From: Patescibacteria group bacterium
Lineage (GTDB): Bacteria > Patescibacteriota > Patescibacteriia > UBA9570
Length of the DNA: 64,000 nt
NCBI GenBank assembly: GCA_041665365.1
Contig: JBAYIY010000003.1
Coordinates: 68,260 to 132,259, forward strand
Reading direction: 5' to 3'
Of this stretch, positions 58,602 through 64,000 are shown in pieces. Position numbers and translations under genes: made by a program. A model generated the notes under the pieces. It ran no database searches. It saw only the letters and a program-made list of their open reading frames with translations, and was not told the DNA's origin. Position 1 is the first letter of the stretch. Each line of letters opens with the position of its first letter.

Positions 58602-59371
58602 ATAGGTTTAACAATAATAATGGCTTTTTGACCAGTGGGAACATTGCCATCATTCCAATCGTGAATGGCATCATAAAACTTATCATAGTCATAGGTATAG
58701 TCGGCACCCTTTCTGGTACCGGGGTCATTGGTAATAACATAATCAGGTGTGTAACCTTTAATTACTAACATGTGGTAAAGCGGTCCGGGGGCGGTAAAAT
58801 TTGGATTACCCAATTCACGTCCGGCGGCGGGCACCAGTACTGGGTAACCTTGGCTGATAGCTTGTTTAATATCATCCCACGTAAAATCATAGATCACCTC
58901 ACTTGTCAGATCATCATAAATGTAATTTAACACTTCAGAAGTTTGGGCAGCAGTCAGACTGGGGCCATAACCAAAATCCGTTTCTTCAGTATCGATAATA
59001 TCCAAGATGGCTTGTTCGGCATCGTTTTTATCTACAATACCTCGATTCTCTAAAAACCTAGCCGCCATTAACATAGACGCTTCTTCACAGGCTTCTTCAT
59101 GAGTGGCATCCCAGTTCGTGGATGGTGCTTGAGATGTAAAAGGGATCGATAAATTAAATTCATCGGGTGGTGTGATTGGAACAACCGGTTGTTCCGGTAG
59201 AGACGTTGCATGCAACGTCTCTACCGGAACCGGAATTTCTTCACGGGTTACCGCCACCGGCACAACCGGTTTTGGTATTAACCAATCTTTAATGGTGACG
59301 CGTTTCAGCCATACCACCATACCAAGACTAGCTAGTAATAAAACAATAATAATGATTATAATCTTTTTCAT
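58598..59371 (-). CDS. Peptidase C39-like family protein, N-terminally anchored
   Basis: IPFTSQAP, EACEEAS (catalytic Cys), YHMLVIKGY, ITNDPG. Confidence 0.88.
   Translation of the reverse strand: MKKIIIIIIVLLLASLGMVVWLKRVTIKDWLIPKPVVPVAVTREEIPVPVETLHATSLPEQPVVPITPPDEFNLSIPFTSQAPSTNWDATHEEACEEASMLMAARFLENRGIVDKNDAEQAILDIIDTEETDFGYGPSLTAAQTSEVLNYIYDDLTSEVIYDFTWDDIKQAISQGYPVLVPAAGRELGNPNFTAPGPLYHMLVIKGYTPDYVITNDPGTRKGADYTYDYDKFYDAIHDWNDGNVPTGQKAIIIVKPI
59191..59230. repeat. 40-bp perfect palindrome (GTAG-REP core) inside the C39-like gene
   Basis: gttccgGTAGAGACGTTGCA|TGCAACGTCTCTACcggaac, read in frame as PVETLHATSLP. Confidence 0.9.
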
Positions 59372-60864
59372 GATGATTTTCTTAAATGAACTTGTTTTAA
59401 AATGATTGATAATTCTTGGTTTTTTAATAAATACATAACAATATTATATGTGATGATGCCAGTTCCGGCCATACCAATCAGTAGGGGTAATTCATGAATT
59501 ACCCCTACTGATTTAATTGCCCCTACCAAAATTGCCATTACCAAACAGCCGACCACATTTTGGGCACCATTTTTTATAATACTATAATCAATGATGTGGG
59601 GTAATTTCCAGACGAATAAAATATCTATGATTAATGTCATAATCACAAAACCCACCGCTAAACCTGTCACACCCCAGAAACTAGTTGCCACGACACATCC
59701 GATCACATTTACGACAGCACCGATAATTGTAATAACGGCGGGAGTTTTGGTATCGTGCTTAGCGTAAAAGGCGCGCGCTAAAATATGTTGGAGACTTTCT
59801 AAGGGGATTAGTAAAGAAAAAACGATTAAAGTGATCGCGGTTGTCTGAATCGCGGCGGCATCAAAGGCGCCGCCACCAAGAAAAACTGTAATGAGTGGTT
59901 GGCTAACAAACATCATACCCACCATCGCTGGTAACGTGAGAAAAAAAATCATGCGTAATGCTTTACGTGTGTTATTCATTAATTCTGACGAGTCACTAGC
60001 CAGTACAGGAAAAATAACTGTGGCCAAAGCAATGCCTATAAAGCTCACTGGTAAACTTTGAAAATTACGTGCGAAATTAAAAATCGCGACGCTGCCCGGT
60101 TGTAAAGTAGAACCAATCGCATTAAATGTCCATAAACTAGCTTGGATCGCCAGTAAACCAATGACGCGTGGACCCATTAATAACAAAGTTTGTTTAACCG
60201 CCGGATGTTTGAATGATTGTTGGATAAACTCGGGTGTATAACCGAGGCGGAGTGTAGCTACCAACCTAATAATAAGATGTAACATGGCGCCAAGCACTAC
60301 ACCAAACACCACGCCGCGAATACCAAATGGTTTGGCGAAAAATATTATCCCGATCACGATACCTAAATTATACAACATGGGTGACAGCGCGTAGGCCAAG
60401 AACCGGTGTTGGCCTTGCAGAATGGCGCCAAACAAAGTACTGATACCAAACAACAAAGGTGATAACAATAATATTCGTGTCAGTGTAGTAAGTTGAGCCA
60501 ATTCAGTTGCAGAAAAACCTGGTGCCACCAAAGGTGTGATCCAAGGCATAATCATAAAAGCCACCACATCTACCAGACATAAAGCTACAGCCACAACCGT
60601 GAGAATGGCGTTACTGGCTTGGTAAGCAGGTGCCTTACCCTGTTTTAGTAGTTGAGCAAATACAGGAATAAAGGCCGTGGTTAGAGCCGCCGCAAACAGG
60701 TTCATGATTAAATCAGGCAACAAGAAGGCGGAATTAAATAAATCCACATCGCGGCTGGCGCCAAAGGTTTGCGCCAAGAGACGATCACGCGCTAGACCTA
60801 ATATATAACTACCGGCCGAGGTACCGGCCAAAAGCATGGCATTGCGGCCGACGCTACGATTCAT
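59368..60864 (-). CDS. murJ: Lipid II flippase MurJ
   Basis: LGLARDRLLA..FGA, F..AF.LPD, AFIPVF, P.LYN..I, RAFYA.HDTKTP. Confidence 0.95.
   Translation of the reverse strand: MNRSVGRNAMLLAGTSAGSYILGLARDRLLAQTFGASRDVDLFNSAFLLPDLIMNLFAAALTTAFIPVFAQLLKQGKAPAYQASNAILTVVAVALCLVDVVAFMIMPWITPLVAPGFSATELAQLTTLTRILLLSPLLFGISTLFGAILQGQHRFLAYALSPMLYNLGIVIGIIFFAKPFGIRGVVFGVVLGAMLHLIIRLVATLRLGYTPEFIQQSFKHPAVKQTLLLMGPRVIGLLAIQASLWTFNAIGSTLQPGSVAIFNFARNFQSLPVSFIGIALATVIFPVLASDSSELMNNTRKALRMIFFLTLPAMVGMMFVSQPLITVFLGGGAFDAAAIQTTAITLIVFSLLIPLESLQHILARAFYAKHDTKTPAVITIIGAVVNVIGCVVATSFWGVTGLAVGFVIMTLIIDILFVWKLPHIIDYSIIKNGAQNVVGCLVMAILVGAIKSVGVIHELPLLIGMAGTGIITYNIVMYLLKNQELSIILKQVHLRKSS
59476..59513. repeat. 38-bp perfect palindrome (GTAG-REP core) inside murJ
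   Basis: aatcaGTAGGGGTAATTCA|TGAATTACCCCTACtgatt, read in frame as SVGVIHELPLL. Confidence 0.9.
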
Positions 60865-60921
60865 AGGGGTGATTGTATCAACCCTTGAAGTAAACGGGAA
60901 GATAGGCTAATGTACACACCC

Positions 60922-62631
60922 ATGGCTGATGTAATTATCGAACAAATTAAGCAGCGTCTTGATATAATTGAGTTGTTATCGGAGTATTTAAAATTGCAAA
61001 AAGCCGGCAGTAATTGGCGCGCCATTTGCCCCTTTCATCATGAAAACAGTCCCTCTTTCATGGTGAGTAGTGAGAAACAAATTTGGCACTGTTTTGGTTG
61101 TGCTAAGGGCGGCGATATTTTTACTTTTATTCAAGAGATAGAGGGGATAGATTTTGTTGAGGCTCTGAAATTATTAGCCGATAAAGCCCATGTCACATTG
61201 CCGCAGTATAATCCCACACAACAGGATCATAAACAAAAATTATTGCACATTATTAGTCTGGCGCAACAATTTTATAGTTCAGCTCTGCAAGAATCCAAAG
61301 AAGGTGAGATTGCCCGACAATATATTAAGCAACGTGGCTTGTCAGCTGACAGTGTGGCAGCGTTTGGTTTAGGCTATAGTTATTTAGAGTGGGGGAGGCT
61401 ACACGATTTTTTAAAACAACAGGGTATCAGTGAGGCCGATCAAACCGCCGCCGGCTTGTTAATAAACGGGCACGATCGGTTTCGTGGACGCTTGATGATT
61501 CCATTACATGATGGGCACGGTACCGTAGTTGGTTTTACGGCGCGAACATTACAGGCGGATGAAACTGGTGGTAAATATATCAACTCACCGCAGTCGGACA
61601 TTTATGATAAATCAAATGTCGTGTTCGGGTTGTTCCGAGCGAAGACTGCTATAAAAAAATTACACGCCACTTTAGTGGTTGAGGGCAATCTGGATGTGAT
61701 CACGGCGCAACAGCATGGTTTTACCAATACTGTGGCCACTTCCGGCACGGCTTTTACCGAGCAACAAATTCTGCAACTCAAACGGTATTCACCTAATTTG
61801 TTGTTAGCCTTTGATTTAGATTTAGCCGGGCAAGCTGCCGCTGAACGGGGGATTGATTTAGCCATGCGCCATGGTATGAACATTAAAATTGTGCGCTGGC
61901 CAGAACAATATAAAGATCCCGATGATTGTATTCGTGCTAATGCCAGTTTATTTAAAAAGGCTATTCATGATGCCATTGGATTGGTTGATTATTGGTTTAT
62001 CCATGCCGGTAGTGATTTGCAATTAACCCGGGTTGAACATAAAAAAGTGTTAGTGCAACGGCTCTTACCTAAATTGGCTAAACTAACCGACCCGGTTGAA
62101 CAAGCACATTACCTACAACAACTGGCTGATGTCGTACATGTGGATGTTAGGATCTTACAAGAGAAGATCGCTAAGGGTATGAAGTCGAACGGTAATGTGG
62201 TACGTGTGACACAAACTAATCAGCCCAAAACAAAACCAGTCCTCGATCGCTCGACCCGTTTAGCTGAGTATGTCTTTGGAATTACCTTATTGCTACCGGA
62301 GCAGTTTGGTTATGTGCGCGATTATCTTGATCCTGAGTTTGTAACCGATCCAGCCTTGCATGACCTTTACATAAGAATGCTAGATCAGTATAATAAGTCG
62401 GGTCAGTTTGAGTGTCCGGCTGATACAGATTGGCTGAATCGGCTGCGTTTACAGGTAAATGTTGAACCAACAGCAGACGCTCTAATTCAAGGAATTCGAG
62501 AATTGCATAAGCGTTACATTCAACAACGCTTGCGTGATATTGAAATCGAGTTAAAAGACACCACCACAGGGGACGCATTATTAGAAGAGGCTAATTTACT
62601 TACACAACAATTGACCGAACTATCCCGTTAA
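60922..62631 (+). CDS. dnaG: DNA primase
   Basis: CPFH.E.SPSF...HCFGC zinc ribbon, [15 protein letters not shown], Toprim VEG..DV and FD.D.AG. Confidence 0.97.
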   Translation: MADVIIEQIKQRLDIIELLSEYLKLQKAGSNWRAICPFHHENSPSFMVSSEKQIWHCFGCAKGGDIFTFIQEIEGIDFVEALKLLADKAHVTLPQYNPTQQDHKQKLLHIISLAQQFYSSALQESKEGEIARQYIKQRGLSADSVAAFGLGYSYLEWGRLHDFLKQQGISEADQTAAGLLINGHDRFRGRLMIPLHDGHGTVVGFTARTLQADETGGKYINSPQSDIYDKSNVVFGLFRAKTAIKKLHATLVVEGNLDVITAQQHGFTNTVATSGTAFTEQQILQLKRYSPNLLLAFDLDLAGQAAAERGIDLAMRHGMNIKIVRWPEQYKDPDDCIRANASLFKKAIHDAIGLVDYWFIHAGSDLQLTRVEHKKVLVQRLLPKLAKLTDPVEQAHYLQQLADVVHVDVRILQEKIAKGMKSNGNVVRVTQTNQPKTKPVLDRSTRLAEYVFGITLLLPEQFGYVRDYLDPEFVTDPALHDLYIRMLDQYNKSGQFECPADTDWLNRLRLQVNVEPTADALIQGIRELHKRYIQQRLRDIEIELKDTTTGDALLEEANLLTQQLTELSR

Positions 62632-62636
62632 TATCT

Positions 62637-63875
62637 ATGCCCAAACGATCGGCCAAACCAGTCAAGTCAAAACCAGCGGCCAAACCAAAAACCAAACCGA
62701 AACCTCGGTTGGTTAAGAAAGTAGCCCGTAAAATAAAAAAACCCACTGCTCCTCGTACGGCAGCCGTTATTTTAGCTGAGGCGGTACCGTTTCCGATTGA
62801 AGGCGCTGAGCTGTTATTAAAAAAAGGGCGCACCCGAAACTTTCTCACCGAGACAGAAATTTTATATACCTTCAACAATTTAGAAGATTACGTATCAGAC
62901 TTTGAACAGTGGTTGGGACAATTAGAAAAATCTAGTATTCAATTAATTGAAACCGACGGTAATGTGCTTGGATTAGATGCGAAGAAAGTTGGCCTGGTTG
63001 ATGCTAATCGTGAAAAAGCCGGTAAAGCGGCGATGGATTTATCCGACATTTCTGGCGATTCTATTCAGATGTATCTGCGAGAAATTGGTAAAGTGCCGTT
63101 GTTATCAACTGAAGAAGAAATTCGTCTGGCAAAATTAAAAGAAGCGGGCGATCTTGAGGCCAAACGAAAATTATTAGAAGCCAACTTACGGTTAGTGGTG
63201 AGTATTGCGAAAAAATTTACCGGGCGATCATTATCATTGTTAGATTTAATTCAAGAAGGTAACATCGGTTTACATCGGGCCGTTGAGAAATTTGATTATC
63301 GCAAAGGTTATAAATTTTCCACCTACGCCACCTGGTGGATTCGCCAGGCCATTACGCGGAGCCTGGCCGATCAATCACGCACTATTCGTATCCCTGTGCA
63401 CATGGTGGAGACAATCAATAAATTCCAACAGATTGAACGCGGTCTCATCCAGATTTTAGGGCGCGAACCATTGCCGGAAGAAATTGCTGCCGAAATGGGT
63501 GAGGTAATTGAGAAGGTTCATACGATTATTAAGATTTCTCAAGAAACCGTCTCGTTAGAAACTTCCGTCGGCGATGATGAATCCGAAGATTCTACGTTAG
63601 GTGATTTTATTGAGGATCAAAAAACCATGTCGCCCGATCGCTCCGCCTCGTTGCAGTTATTAAAAGACCACGTCTATGACATCATTAAAGATTTACCACC
63701 GCGCGAACAAAAGATATTAGAGATGCGTTTTGGTTTAGTGGATGGTGTGTCACACACTTTAGAAGAAGTCGGCCAAGAATTTGGTGTCACCCGCGAACGG
63801 ATTCGGCAAATTGAAGCCAAAGCCCTCGACAAGATTCAGCAGCACGTGGGTATGCGTAAATTAAGAGATTATTAA
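62637..63875 (+). CDS. rpoD: RNA polymerase primary sigma factor, with Lys/Pro-rich N-terminus
   Basis: [57 protein letters not shown]. Confidence 0.98.
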   Translation: MPKRSAKPVKSKPAAKPKTKPKPRLVKKVARKIKKPTAPRTAAVILAEAVPFPIEGAELLLKKGRTRNFLTETEILYTFNNLEDYVSDFEQWLGQLEKSSIQLIETDGNVLGLDAKKVGLVDANREKAGKAAMDLSDISGDSIQMYLREIGKVPLLSTEEEIRLAKLKEAGDLEAKRKLLEANLRLVVSIAKKFTGRSLSLLDLIQEGNIGLHRAVEKFDYRKGYKFSTYATWWIRQAITRSLADQSRTIRIPVHMVETINKFQQIERGLIQILGREPLPEEIAAEMGEVIEKVHTIIKISQETVSLETSVGDDESEDSTLGDFIEDQKTMSPDRSASLQLLKDHVYDIIKDLPPREQKILEMRFGLVDGVSHTLEEVGQEFGVTRERIRQIEAKALDKIQQHVGMRKLRDY

Positions 63876-63886
63876 GACCTCTCCCC

Positions 63887-64000
63887 ATGCCACGTAATGT
63901 TTATGCCATTAGTGGGTTAGCCTTTCCGCCGGAAGCTAGTGCGTATGGTTTAGCGCGGTATAGTCGATCCGCTAAGCCGGCTAAAGAAACATTTACGGCC
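63887..64000 (+). CDS. 5' end of a probable FAD-dependent thymidylate synthase (ThyX-like); runs off the window
   Basis: Hand translation MPRNVYAISGLAFPPEASAYGLARYSRSAKPAKETFTA. The PE...Y..ARYSRS pattern is recognised from memory only. Confidence 0.55.
   Translation, partial: MPRNVYAISGLAFPPEASAYGLARYSRSAKPAKETFTA

Overview
A ~64 kb, AT-rich bacterial chromosomal segment. It is most consistent with a Patescibacteria/CPR genome (inference from the S6 tail, the EF-P loop, leaderless-type promoters, cohesin-type surface proteins and short DnaG/RpoD). Layout: (1) 1-23.8 kb is a surface-glycan locus with GT2/GT4 enzymes, three polytopic GT-C-like proteins, a Wzx flippase, methyltransferases and gmd. 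It includes an unusual ulosonic-acid cassette: neuB-like synthase, KdsC-like phosphatase, SDR, aldehyde dehydrogenase, neuA-like cytidylyltransferase, transketolase and a KpsS-like transferase. (2) 24-35 kb holds a secreted tail-fibre-like protein, then rpsF-ssb-rpsR-efp, pyk, ppsA, a patatin and engB. (3) 35.9-55.7 kb is a divergent cell-surface assembly locus. A ~2,760-aa giant protein and a ~350-aa secreted protein share a ~76%-identical C-terminal domain, and sit with a DUF916/WxL-interacting-like protein, a dockerin protein, two membrane-anchored cohesin proteins and a 1,922-aa CSLREA adhesin. (4) tRNA-Ser(GGA) is followed by a hairpin array and a truncated GIY-YIG gene missed by the ORF track. 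Next come an HTH-GHKL/STAS pair with a repeat operator, a GC-rich Cys/Asp-repeat lipoprotein, murJ, dnaG, rpoD and the start of a thyX-like gene. GTAG-type REP palindromes occur intergenically and in frame inside two genes. All calls come from reading motifs by eye; no database search was run.
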